Source: an uncultured Mycoplasmatota bacterium | Lineage (GTDB): Bacteria; Bacillota_I; Bacilli_A; RF39; UBA660 | Length of the DNA: 43,234 bases | Direction of reading: 5' to 3' | Assembly: GCA_947569245.1 (NCBI GenBank) | Contig: CANORV010000003.1 | Location: forward strand, 1-43,234 | Shown: positions 9,485 to 18,201 of the stretch, piece after piece | Position numbering within the stretch: position 1 is the first letter of the stretch | How the letters are laid out: the number at the start of each line of letters is the position of its first letter | The notes under the pieces: generated by a model | The model's database searches: none | What the model was told of the DNA's origin: nothing | What the model saw: the letters and a program-made list of their open reading frames with translations, nothing else | Program-made: the position numbers and the translations under genes

Positions 9485-9513
9485 TAGTATGAGCAAATAA
9501 TATAAAGTTAAAC
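9485..9513 (-). promoter_or_regulatory. SigmaG/F-like forespore promoter
   Basis: Minus strand GTTTA-N17-CATACTA just upstream of the RBS. Confidence 0.65.
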
Positions 9514-9623
9514 AAAAAATCAAGTGTTATTTTGATAAATTTAGTTTATTTTAATTTATTTTTATGTTTACGTGTTATAATTTTAATATAATCATTTTTA
9601 TTAGAATGTGAGGTAGTACTTAA

Positions 9624-10142
9624 ATGAAAGATAACAAAATATTAAAAAAAACAGAAGCACATATAAATGGATTATCTTTAACAGATGATGAAAAGCAAAA
9701 GTACTTATATATATTAAACAAGGCTTTAGAAATGACAGATAAAAACATTCGTATAAGTTATTTATATGATGAAATGTGTAATTTTTTGGATGATGAATTT
9801 AGAAAAAAAGATTTATGTGGCTTTTGTAATAATCTTTGTAAGAGAAGAAAAAATCTAATAGATAGAGGTATTAAAAAGGAAAACTATGCTAATGGGTGTT
9901 GTTATAGTTATTCGAAAAAGGAAAATTGTAAGTATCTAGGTGAAGCAGGTTGTACGATAAAATGTTTAGGATGTAAATTATTTACTTGTTTTTATTTACG
10001 AAAAACAGAAAAAGTAAAATATAAAATTGATAGTATTCCTTTTGCAAAGTACTTTTTTAATGCTAGGCAAAAGTTTTATATGGAAAATACTTTTTTTACT
10101 AAGAAAGATATTATTCTTAAAGAAGTTTTAAAACGAGGTTAA
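9624..10142 (+). CDS. Cys-rich putative metal (Zn or Fe-S) binding protein
   Basis: 11 Cys arranged as CxxCxxxC, CC and C...CxxxCxxCxxxxC; GAGGT RBS. Confidence 0.7.
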   Translation: MKDNKILKKTEAHINGLSLTDDEKQKYLYILNKALEMTDKNIRISYLYDEMCNFLDDEFRKKDLCGFCNNLCKRRKNLIDRGIKKENYANGCCYSYSKKENCKYLGEAGCTIKCLGCKLFTCFYLRKTEKVKYKIDSIPFAKYFFNARQKFYMENTFFTKKDIILKEVLKRG

Positions 10143-10144
10143 CT

Positions 10145-10726
10145 ATGTATACAATTAAAAAAAGTGTTAATACGTCAATTGAAATAAAAAAATCGATATT
10201 TATTGGTTTTTTATATAAGGTTCATACAAAGGATGATATAGATAAATGTTTAAGTGATATTAAGGAAAAATATAAAGATGCTACTCATTATTGTTATGCT
10301 TATATTATAGATAATAGTAAAAAAGCATCAGATGATAATGAACCTAGTGGTACTGCTGGAATAGTAATTATGGATGTTTTAGAAAAAAGAAAGCTAAATT
10401 ATATTTTGTGTGTTGTAGTAAGATATTTTGGTGGAATAAAACTTGGTGCTGGTGGTTTGATCAGAGCCTATTCTAAAATTTCTAGAAACGTTAGTGATTT
10501 AGCGGAAATTATAGAATTAGTTGATGGTTATTTAGTTCAAGTAACTGCTAGTTATAATAATATTAAGAGACTGGATTATTTAGTAAAAAGTTGTACCATT
10601 TTAAATAAAACTTTTGAAAAAGATGTTTGTTATACTGTTTTAGTTGATAAGAAAAAATTTGAGGAACTTAAAGAATTTAATGTAAAGATTCTTGATAGTG
10701 TTAAAATAGAAAAAGAAAAATTGTAG
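10145..10726 (+). CDS. yigZ: YigZ/IMPACT family protein
   Basis: IKKSIFI, ATHYCYAY, DDNEPSGTAG and VVVRYFGGIKLGAGGLIRAY. Confidence 0.93.
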   Translation: MYTIKKSVNTSIEIKKSIFIGFLYKVHTKDDIDKCLSDIKEKYKDATHYCYAYIIDNSKKASDDNEPSGTAGIVIMDVLEKRKLNYILCVVVRYFGGIKLGAGGLIRAYSKISRNVSDLAEIIELVDGYLVQVTASYNNIKRLDYLVKSCTILNKTFEKDVCYTVLVDKKKFEELKEFNVKILDSVKIEKEKL

Positions 10727-10746
10727 GATAATTCCTACAATTTTTT
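10716..10746. terminator. Bidirectional terminator
   Basis: AAAAATTGTAGGA-TAAT-TCCTACAATTTTT. Confidence 0.9.
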
Positions 10747-12679
10747 ATTCTATTGTTATCTTCTTTAAAACAACAGTTACCTCTCCTGATAAGCTTTTAG
10801 AACCTCCAACGTAACCGATGTAATAAGAACCACTTAGACTACTTACATTTAAGGTTGCTGTAATAGTAGATGTTGAACCAGTTCCTCTGACATTATGATA
10901 TGTATAAGAATTTGCCTGTGGTTTAATTGGTGGATCATGCCAATAATTTGATCCATAAACTGCTGTTGTATTTGTTGCACCAAATAGTCCACAATCTCCA
11001 GCACCTGTATATCCCCTTTTGCTTCCATGCCTCCAGTAATTTAAATGATTATTAGCAAATAGTTCTATTCTTGTGTCAGTTGGCAGCGGGTTGCGGGTTT
11101 CTGCTGGTTTGATAATATCAAATGTCCAAGATATTTTTGAGTATGGAGTTAAATCTATCATTGAACCTGTTGTAAGACTACATCCGCCACTCCATTCATT
11201 TTGGCTTGGGCCTTGGTAAAACCAATAGCTGGTTCCTGAACATGAGGATTTTCCGTTATAGTAAGTAAATGCGTCTGTTGTTATCCAGTTACTAAATAAA
11301 TTAGTTGTTATTTTATTATTTTCATAAAGTGTTATACTACAACTTTGAGTATTGCAAGCAATTTTTTCACTTGAATTTGTACAGTTTTGATTGTTGTAAT
11401 TAGATTTTCTATATACTTGTTTTACTCCTCCACCACATGTCTTACTACATGTTCCATAGGAAGATATATAAGTACTTGTACAACATCCTTGATTATTACA
11501 TGATTCATACTTATTCTTTTCAGGTATCTTTTTATTGGTGTATTTATCAACTGCTTCATTGGTCTTTAGTCCACCACCACAGCTTACACTACAAGCACCA
11601 AATCCATTTGGATAAATAACTTCTGTTCCTTCTTTATAGGTTGTATAACTTGCCTTAGCAGATTCATCTGATATATTAGAAATATTTCCAACAGAATCCT
11701 TGTACCAAGCATAAAGTGTTCTACTTTTTCCATCAAGGCTTCCTGATAACATCATGTTTTTACTCGTTTTATAGTTTTCCCAACTGCAACTATTAACATC
11801 AGTTGACTCCTGAATACACATTTTACTTACTCCTGAACCTTTTTCATTATCAGTTGCAGATAAGTTTACTTTTACATTTAATGAGTTATATCTATTATCT
11901 GTACTTTGTATTGATACTGTTCCACTTGGTGCTATTTTATCTATCTTAACTTGATAATTTATCGTTTCACTTTCATTTCCTACCAAGTCATATGCTTTAA
12001 AATAGATATTTCCAACATAGGTATTGGTTAGTGTAAAACTTCCAACTCCACTATTTGAATCAGCATTTAAATCTATCCAATCTTTATTGTTATAAGAATA
12101 CATAAACTTACTTATTCCTGCACTTGTTCCTGGTCTTTCTAAGTCATATGCTGTATATTCATTATAAACATTTTCCTTTGTATATTGATGATTATAATAC
12201 TCTCCACTTTGATTGTTTATTCTAACTACATAATCAATCAAAAACTTACCAAAGATACTTACTCCACCTTCTGGCAAGTCACTAGTATTATCGTATATAA
12301 CATTTCCCTTCTTATCCTTACACATTAAGTAAGCATTATAAGTATAGTTATTATTCTTTTTTCTAGTTGCTTGCATAGTTCCAGTACAATGTATATCTTC
12401 TTCTTTTACAAGATTAGTTGTAAGAAGAGACTCATATTTGAAATTATATTTATCATAAGTATCAACAAAACTTTTCTTATAAGTATCGATATAAACATTA
12501 CTTGCTTTTAAGGCACTACTTATTAAAGCACTTAGTTTTTTATCATTTTCATTATGCATTAATTTTGATACATTTGGTATTGTTATTGCTAGTATTATTC
12601 CAATTATTACTAAAACTGTTAATACTTCTATTAAAGTAAAACCCGATTCATAATTATTCTTTTTATTATTTATCTTCAT
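10745..12679 (-). CDS. Large prepilin-type (type IV N-methylation motif) surface protein with Ig-like segments and two thrombospondin type-1-like repeats
   Basis: G|FTLIEVLTVLVIIGII; Ig-like KAYDLVGNES and AWYKDSVGNIS segments; CSVSCGGG...CNNQGC and CSKTCGGG...CNTQSC. Confidence 0.85.
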   Translation of the reverse strand: MKINNKKNNYESGFTLIEVLTVLVIIGIILAITIPNVSKLMHNENDKKLSALISSALKASNVYIDTYKKSFVDTYDKYNFKYESLLTTNLVKEEDIHCTGTMQATRKKNNNYTYNAYLMCKDKKGNVIYDNTSDLPEGGVSIFGKFLIDYVVRINNQSGEYYNHQYTKENVYNEYTAYDLERPGTSAGISKFMYSYNNKDWIDLNADSNSGVGSFTLTNTYVGNIYFKAYDLVGNESETINYQVKIDKIAPSGTVSIQSTDNRYNSLNVKVNLSATDNEKGSGVSKMCIQESTDVNSCSWENYKTSKNMMLSGSLDGKSRTLYAWYKDSVGNISNISDESAKASYTTYKEGTEVIYPNGFGACSVSCGGGLKTNEAVDKYTNKKIPEKNKYESCNNQGCCTSTYISSYGTCSKTCGGGVKQVYRKSNYNNQNCTNSSEKIACNTQSCSITLYENNKITTNLFSNWITTDAFTYYNGKSSCSGTSYWFYQGPSQNEWSGGCSLTTGSMIDLTPYSKISWTFDIIKPAETRNPLPTDTRIELFANNHLNYWRHGSKRGYTGAGDCGLFGATNTTAVYGSNYWHDPPIKPQANSYTYHNVRGTGSTSTITATLNVSSLSGSYYIGYVGGSKSLSGEVTVVLKKITIE

Positions 12680-12698
12680 TTTTTTCTCTCCTACTTTA

Positions 12699-13436
12699 TT
12701 ACATATTAAAGAATCCTTTTTGATACATTTTTTGCTTTATTTTATATTCAAGTTCTTTTCCTGAATATTTTTTCATCAATTGTTTTTTGATTTTTTCATA
12801 TTCCTTTTCTCTTAAAAGACTATCATCTATTTTAAAATCTATTAAATTGTTATTTATAACATCTAAATTATATCCCAAGTTAATTAATTGTTGTTTTAAT
12901 TTCAGTTTTAAAGAATTACTACTTTTATTCTTATTTGTTTTACTAATTTTAGATATAATTTTTTTTACTCTTTCATCTTCAAGTTCACTTGTAAATTCTT
13001 TTAAAGTAGAATCTATTATTTTATCATCAATCATGTTTTCGATTAAATATTTTTTTATTTTTAATGGACCGTCATAAGACATATTTATCTTATCATGGAG
13101 ATAACTTGTAGCATATAAAGTATCATCTAAGTATCCTTGTTTTTCTAATAAATTACAAGTAAAGTCGATATCTTCATCAGATATAGCTTTTTTTTCTAAA
13201 TATTTTCTTATCTCAGTAGTACTTCTAAGTCTTGTTTTAATATATTTTAAACCAATGTTATATGCTTCATATTTATTATTTTCATCTCTTATATTATCAA
13301 GTTCTTCTATTGTTAAATCCTTTTTTATTAAAAGATTATACTTTAATATTAAATCTTCGTGAAGTAAAACACTAAATGTATCAAATTGTAGTTTATACAT
13401 GCCATTTGTTTGCTTTTTAAATTTCTTAATCTCCAT
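12699..13436 (-). CDS. recX: Recombination regulator RecX
   Basis: LKYIKTRLRSTTEIRKYL, GYLDDTLYA, GPLKIKKYL and KMYQKGF. Confidence 0.9.
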   Translation of the reverse strand: MEIKKFKKQTNGMYKLQFDTFSVLLHEDLILKYNLLIKKDLTIEELDNIRDENNKYEAYNIGLKYIKTRLRSTTEIRKYLEKKAISDEDIDFTCNLLEKQGYLDDTLYATSYLHDKINMSYDGPLKIKKYLIENMIDDKIIDSTLKEFTSELEDERVKKIISKISKTNKNKSSNSLKLKLKQQLINLGYNLDVINNNLIDFKIDDSLLREKEYEKIKKQLMKKYSGKELEYKIKQKMYQKGFFNM

Positions 13437-13456
13437 AAATAAACTCCTTTTTGATA

Positions 13457-14782
13457 TTAAATTTCTTTTTGTTTTACAGCTTTAAATAACTTGCTCCACA
13501 TTTTATCTGTTGAATAATTTAAAATACCAATCTTATATATTTTTAAACCATATTTTATTGCAATGTAGATAAAACCAATTAGAATTAATATGGCAATTAC
13601 AACATCTATTATTCCGATTTCTCCTGATATTAAAAGAGCTGGTGATAGTAAACACGATAGAAAAGGAACATAACTTAATATTTTAATAAAAATAGATCCT
13701 TTAAACATTGATTGCATAATAGCTAGATAATAACCAACTATACTTACCAACATTATTGGTGTTTGAATTTGTTGGAAGTCTTCCATATTTACAGTCATGC
13801 TAGCAAGAATTCCTGCTACTAGAGAATAAGCAATAAATGATAATATCATAAGTATTATAATAAGTGGAATAACGTAGATTAATTTATCGATGAAACCTGT
13901 TGTTTTTAAAGTATCTAAGTAACCACCAATAGTATCTGTAATACTGTTTGGACTTCCTATCTTATTAGCTAAATTAATTCTAATAAATATTCCTATAAAA
14001 CCGTAGATAAATAATAAGAGTGATTGAATTAGAACAAAAATATTACTTGCTAAAACTTTTGAAAAAAAGTGGACTTTTGGACTTACATTTGAAATAATAA
14101 CTTCCATACTACGTGTTTGTTTTTCTTCATTTATTTCTGCACCAATCATTTGAATTAGAAAGACAACTAAGATAAAAAATGGAAGAATAATAGTTGGAAA
14201 TAAGGCATTAGTAAGCATGGACATTTCTTCATTCTCTTCTGTTTTATCTTCATCTAAAATCGTTCTTTCAACATCAATTAAAGAAGTAATTTTATTTAAT
14301 TCATCTTCATCAATCTCAGTTTTATCTAAAGCTAGTTTCGTCTTTGTTTGTGTTAGGGCCTGTAGTAAAGTATTATAATAAATAGTGTCAATATAATCAT
14401 TTGAAATAATCTTAGCTTTTAATACTTTTTCTTTGCTTTCTTCTAAAACAATTAGTATTTTATTTGTTTCTTTAAGTTTGTCTTTTTCTAATTCAATACT
14501 GTTTTTACTGATTTCAACATTTGTTTTTGCACTAGACTCTAATATATTATTAGTGTTTTCTAAGTTATCTTTAAAGATAGTAGCTGATGATAGATGTGTT
14601 TCATCTATAACGACGATATTGATATCATTATTAAATTCTCCTCCAAAGATAGTAATAATTGAATCGATATTTGTTATTAGGATAAGTCCTAAAAAAATAA
14701 ATATATTAGCTATTAGAAACCATTTTGTCTTAATTTTCTTTTTTAAACTAATGTTTGTTAAATACCAAAATTTATTTCTCAT
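13457..14782 (-). CDS. ABC-2 type permease (NatB/YhaP-like)
   Basis: EINEEKQTRSMEVIIS motif; N-terminal TM, large loop, multiple C-terminal TMs. Confidence 0.88.
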   Translation of the reverse strand: MRNKFWYLTNISLKKKIKTKWFLIANIFIFLGLILITNIDSIITIFGGEFNNDINIVVIDETHLSSATIFKDNLENTNNILESSAKTNVEISKNSIELEKDKLKETNKILIVLEESKEKVLKAKIISNDYIDTIYYNTLLQALTQTKTKLALDKTEIDEDELNKITSLIDVERTILDEDKTEENEEMSMLTNALFPTIILPFFILVVFLIQMIGAEINEEKQTRSMEVIISNVSPKVHFFSKVLASNIFVLIQSLLLFIYGFIGIFIRINLANKIGSPNSITDTIGGYLDTLKTTGFIDKLIYVIPLIIILMILSFIAYSLVAGILASMTVNMEDFQQIQTPIMLVSIVGYYLAIMQSMFKGSIFIKILSYVPFLSCLLSPALLISGEIGIIDVVIAILILIGFIYIAIKYGLKIYKIGILNYSTDKMWSKLFKAVKQKEI

Positions 14783-15671
14783 AACAGATACCTACCTTAT
14801 CTATAAATATTTCATTTAAACTTGCTTCTTCAACAACAAACTTAGTAATATTTTTTCCTTTTGATACTATGTTAAAAACCTCGTCTAAACAATCATCATT
14901 TTCTATTTTCACTATATATTGATTGGCATTTTCTTTTATATCAATTACGCCTTTTATTTTTTTTACTTTCTCTTTATCAAATTCTCCTTGAATAAAAATG
15001 TTTTGCTTTTGGTATTTTTTCTTTATATCTTTTAAATTACCTTCTAAAACGACTTTTCCTTTTACTAAAATAACTAACTTCTCACAGAACTGTTCAATAT
15101 GTTCCATTTGATGAGATGAAAAGATGATTGAACAACCTGTGTTTTTCATTTCCATTATAACATCTTTAAACATTTTAACATTAATAGGATCTAGTCCTGT
15201 AAATGGCTCATCAAGAATAAGAAGGACTGGATCATTTAAAATAGCTGAAATAAATTGGACTTTTTGCTGATTTCCTTTAGAAAGTTCCTTTATTTTTCTA
15301 TTTTCATACTCACTTATTTTAAAACGTTTTAACCAATAAGTAATTTTTTCCTCAAGCTTTTCATTACTCATTCCCTTTAAAATGCCATAAAAAGTTAATT
15401 GTTCTTTAACAGTCATTTTTGTAAGTAGACTTCTTTCTTCTGTTACAAATCCTATTTTATCAGTTACTTTATAATCAATTTTTTCTCCATTAAGAGTAAC
15501 TGTACCACTATTTGCATCAAGTAATCCCATGATAATTCTAAAAGTTGTTGTCTTTCCTGCCCCATTTTCTCCTAAAAGACCAAATATACATCCATCATTA
15601 ACTTCAAATGATAGATTTGAAACAGCTAAAGTATCTTTATAATATTTTGTTATATTTGAAACGCTTAACAT
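14772..15671 (-). CDS. ABC ATP-binding protein (YhaQ-like)
   Basis: GENGAGKTT, LSKGNQQKVQ and ILDEPFTGLD. ATG at 15671 follows AAGGAG. Confidence 0.92.
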   Translation of the reverse strand: MLSVSNITKYYKDTLAVSNLSFEVNDGCIFGLLGENGAGKTTTFRIIMGLLDANSGTVTLNGEKIDYKVTDKIGFVTEERSLLTKMTVKEQLTFYGILKGMSNEKLEEKITYWLKRFKISEYENRKIKELSKGNQQKVQFISAILNDPVLLILDEPFTGLDPINVKMFKDVIMEMKNTGCSIIFSSHQMEHIEQFCEKLVILVKGKVVLEGNLKDIKKKYQKQNIFIQGEFDKEKVKKIKGVIDIKENANQYIVKIENDDCLDEVFNIVSKGKNITKFVVEEASLNEIFIDKVGICYEK

Positions 15672-15682
15672 AAAATTTCTCC

Positions 15683-17113
15683 TTATACTAAATAATATAT
15701 AACTGTAAATAGTAAACAACTAATTACAATTGATAAAAAATTTACCATACTATTTCCAATGTATTTAAAACCACTTGACTTTTTATATCTATCTTTATCA
15801 TCAAAGTCAAGGGTCTCTACTATTTGTTTTGTTTTTAAATCAAAATATTTGATTTGTAAAAATTCTCCCATAATACTATCAATTAGTGATGATATAGATG
15901 CAAAGATTGATATAGTTATAAAGTAATAAAATTGATTGTTTTGAAAAATGATAAAGCTAAATAGCCCCATTAAGATGGATGCTATTAGTGAACCAATTAT
16001 TCCTTTATATGTTACTCCCCCACTTGAACCTTTTTTTACTTCCTTTCTAGAAATTATATATTTTACTTTTTCGTTTGATGTTTTACCAAACTCTCCACCA
16101 AAAGTATCACTGCAAGAAGATGCTAATCCTAATAAAAAGATGGCCTTATATAAAATATTTTGATTAAAATAATATAAAATAGCTGCTAAAAAGGGAATTA
16201 TTCCGTTAAAGATTACTTGTTTTAGGCCTCTTTCTTCATTTTTTAAATCTCTCTTTTTACTTATTTTGAAAATAATAGCAGTAGAATTTGAAATCAATAA
16301 ATACGAAAGAAGAGCAATATATGAAGATATTCCTAAAATATAATGTACTGTTGTTCCAAGAATAATGGCACCTACTGCTCCTTTTATATCTAACACTTTA
16401 AAACTAATAGCAAAAAGAGCAATCATTAAGTTAATACTAAGTGAAATACTAAAACTTAAAAAAGTAGGATTTTTAGTTAGGAAATATATAATTATAGGAA
16501 GTATAATTGGAAGAATTAAATTGTCAAATCCCTTATTAAATAATACTTCTAAAATACAAGAATAACTTGCTATAATAAAAGAATATATAAAAATACTTTC
16601 ATAATTATTTAAGAATAAAACAAAGTATGAAATTAAATACGAAACGATAAAGACAATAAGACTTCCTTCTAGTGTTTTGTTATTTTTAAATGTTCTTTTA
16701 CTTATTTTTGGACCAATTAATCCAGCAAGACCATCAGCATATCCAAGAATTAAAGTTGTTAAGATACCAATATAAAGATATTTTTTGGTAATAAATAGAC
16801 AAAATGTTAATATAAATAATGATAATGCATAAAAAACGGTTCCTAAACCCTCTTTTTTATCTATTTCAATAGCAGTTATTGTCTTATTTTTATATGAATA
16901 ATAGTTAATAAAAATAAAAAGTAAAGGTAGTATTGATGCATATAAATAGTTATCAAAAAATATACAGGCAATTAAAAAAGTATTACTTAAGCCGATATGG
17001 ATAAGTTTTCGTGATTCATAATTAGTTAGCTTTTTACTTTTTAGAAAACTAGTAATCAAAGTTATAATAAAGAAGATATAAAGGATTTCTACTAATAAAC
17101 CAATATAATTCAT
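15683..17113 (-). CDS. Fusion of a dolichol/phytol-kinase-like membrane domain and DUF92 (TMEM19-like)
   Basis: N half: SRKLIHI, YADGLAGLIG, KTLEGS, GFDNL. C half: RGLKQVIFNG, SDTFGGEFG, GSSGGVT, DSIMG, NSMVNF. Confidence 0.82.
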   Translation of the reverse strand: MNYIGLLVEILYIFFIITLITSFLKSKKLTNYESRKLIHIGLSNTFLIACIFFDNYLYASILPLLFIFINYYSYKNKTITAIEIDKKEGLGTVFYALSLFILTFCLFITKKYLYIGILTTLILGYADGLAGLIGPKISKRTFKNNKTLEGSLIVFIVSYLISYFVLFLNNYESIFIYSFIIASYSCILEVLFNKGFDNLILPIILPIIIYFLTKNPTFLSFSISLSINLMIALFAISFKVLDIKGAVGAIILGTTVHYILGISSYIALLSYLLISNSTAIIFKISKKRDLKNEERGLKQVIFNGIIPFLAAILYYFNQNILYKAIFLLGLASSCSDTFGGEFGKTSNEKVKYIISRKEVKKGSSGGVTYKGIIGSLIASILMGLFSFIIFQNNQFYYFITISIFASISSLIDSIMGEFLQIKYFDLKTKQIVETLDFDDKDRYKKSSGFKYIGNSMVNFLSIVISCLLFTVIYYLV

Positions 17114-17149
17114 ATCTTATTCCTCCTATTATAGTATACCATTATTTAT

Positions 17150-17788
17150 TTAATATTTCCTCATTATTCTTCGTATTTCTTTATAAGATTTAAAATTTTC
17201 TTCTACAATACTCCAAAATTTACTAGAATGATTAGCTTCAACTAAATGAGATAATTCGTGAATTGCTACATACTCTAAACATAAAATATCTTTTTTCATT
17301 AATTCTAGATTAAGAGTAATAACATGTGTTTTAGTATTGCAAACACCCCATCTGCTAGTCATTTTTCTAATTCTTAAGGTTGGTCGTGGGATATTTCTAG
17401 TAAAGTTGTCATAACAAGAATATAGGCAATTACTAAAAACTTCTTCTGCCTCTTTTTTATACCACTTATCAATATCTGCTGTTTTTCCAACAAAAACTTT
17501 GTCTTTTCCTAAGCTAATATTATTTCCATTTGTATAAACAACATCATACTCTTTTCCTAAGTAAAAAAATTTTGTTTTTAAATCGTTTTTAAAAAGTTGT
17601 TTATTGTACATATTAACAATAGAGTTATAATTATCTTCAATCATTTTTGAAATAGTACTATCTTTTGTAAAATACGAGGTTGTAACATAAAGATTTAAAT
17701 CTTCTTTTATTCTAAAATATGTATTTTTATTTGATTTTTTCTTTGTAATTATAACATCGTGTTTTATATTATCAATCACTATTTTCAT
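17150..17788 (-). CDS. YgjP/DUF45 (M48-like) metal-dependent hydrolase
   Basis: RKMTSRWGVC and YVAIHELSHLVEANHSSKFW. Confidence 0.9.
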   Translation of the reverse strand: MKIVIDNIKHDVIITKKKSNKNTYFRIKEDLNLYVTTSYFTKDSTISKMIEDNYNSIVNMYNKQLFKNDLKTKFFYLGKEYDVVYTNGNNISLGKDKVFVGKTADIDKWYKKEAEEVFSNCLYSCYDNFTRNIPRPTLRIRKMTSRWGVCNTKTHVITLNLELMKKDILCLEYVAIHELSHLVEANHSSKFWSIVEENFKSYKEIRRIMRKY

Positions 17789-17839
17789 ATTACCACCAAT
17801 ATAATTGTATAATTTTTTTTTAAATATTGCTAGTTAAAT

Positions 17840-17869
17840 GTATAAATATTTAAATTATCTAACAAAATA
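17840..17869 (+). promoter_or_regulatory. SigmaG-like promoter of sspI
   Basis: GTATA-N18-CAAAATA upstream of the GAAAGGA RBS. Confidence 0.7.
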
Positions 17870-17892
17870 TTACTAGAAAGGAATGAGTTAAT

Positions 17893-18162
17893 ATGGATTT
17901 AGATATCAGAAGACATATAATTAATAATTTTAAAGGAGATAATATTGAGACTCTTCGTAGTGCAATCGATGAAAGTATAAAAGAAAATGATGAAATTACT
18001 TTACCAGGAATGGGAGTATTTCTTGAAATAATTTGGAGTGATGCAACTGATGAAATGAAAGATGAAATGTTAAAAATAATAGAATCAAGAATCAAGCTTG
18101 AAAACACTTTAGAAAAGGATAATGCAAGTAGTAATCAGTCGGAAAATGATGATAATAATTAA
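17893..18162 (+). CDS. sspI: Small acid-soluble spore protein SspI
   Basis: MDLDIRRHIINN...IDESI...EITLPGMGVFLEIIW matches SspI. Confidence 0.9.
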   Translation: MDLDIRRHIINNFKGDNIETLRSAIDESIKENDEITLPGMGVFLEIIWSDATDEMKDEMLKIIESRIKLENTLEKDNASSNQSENDDNN

Positions 18163-18175
18163 TTATACAAAATAA

Positions 18176-18201
18176 AAAAACAATAGACGATTATTGTTTT
18201 T
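18176..18201. terminator. Weak bidirectional terminator
   Basis: AAAAACAATA-GACGAT-TATTGTTTTT between convergent sspI and the ATPase. Confidence 0.6.
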
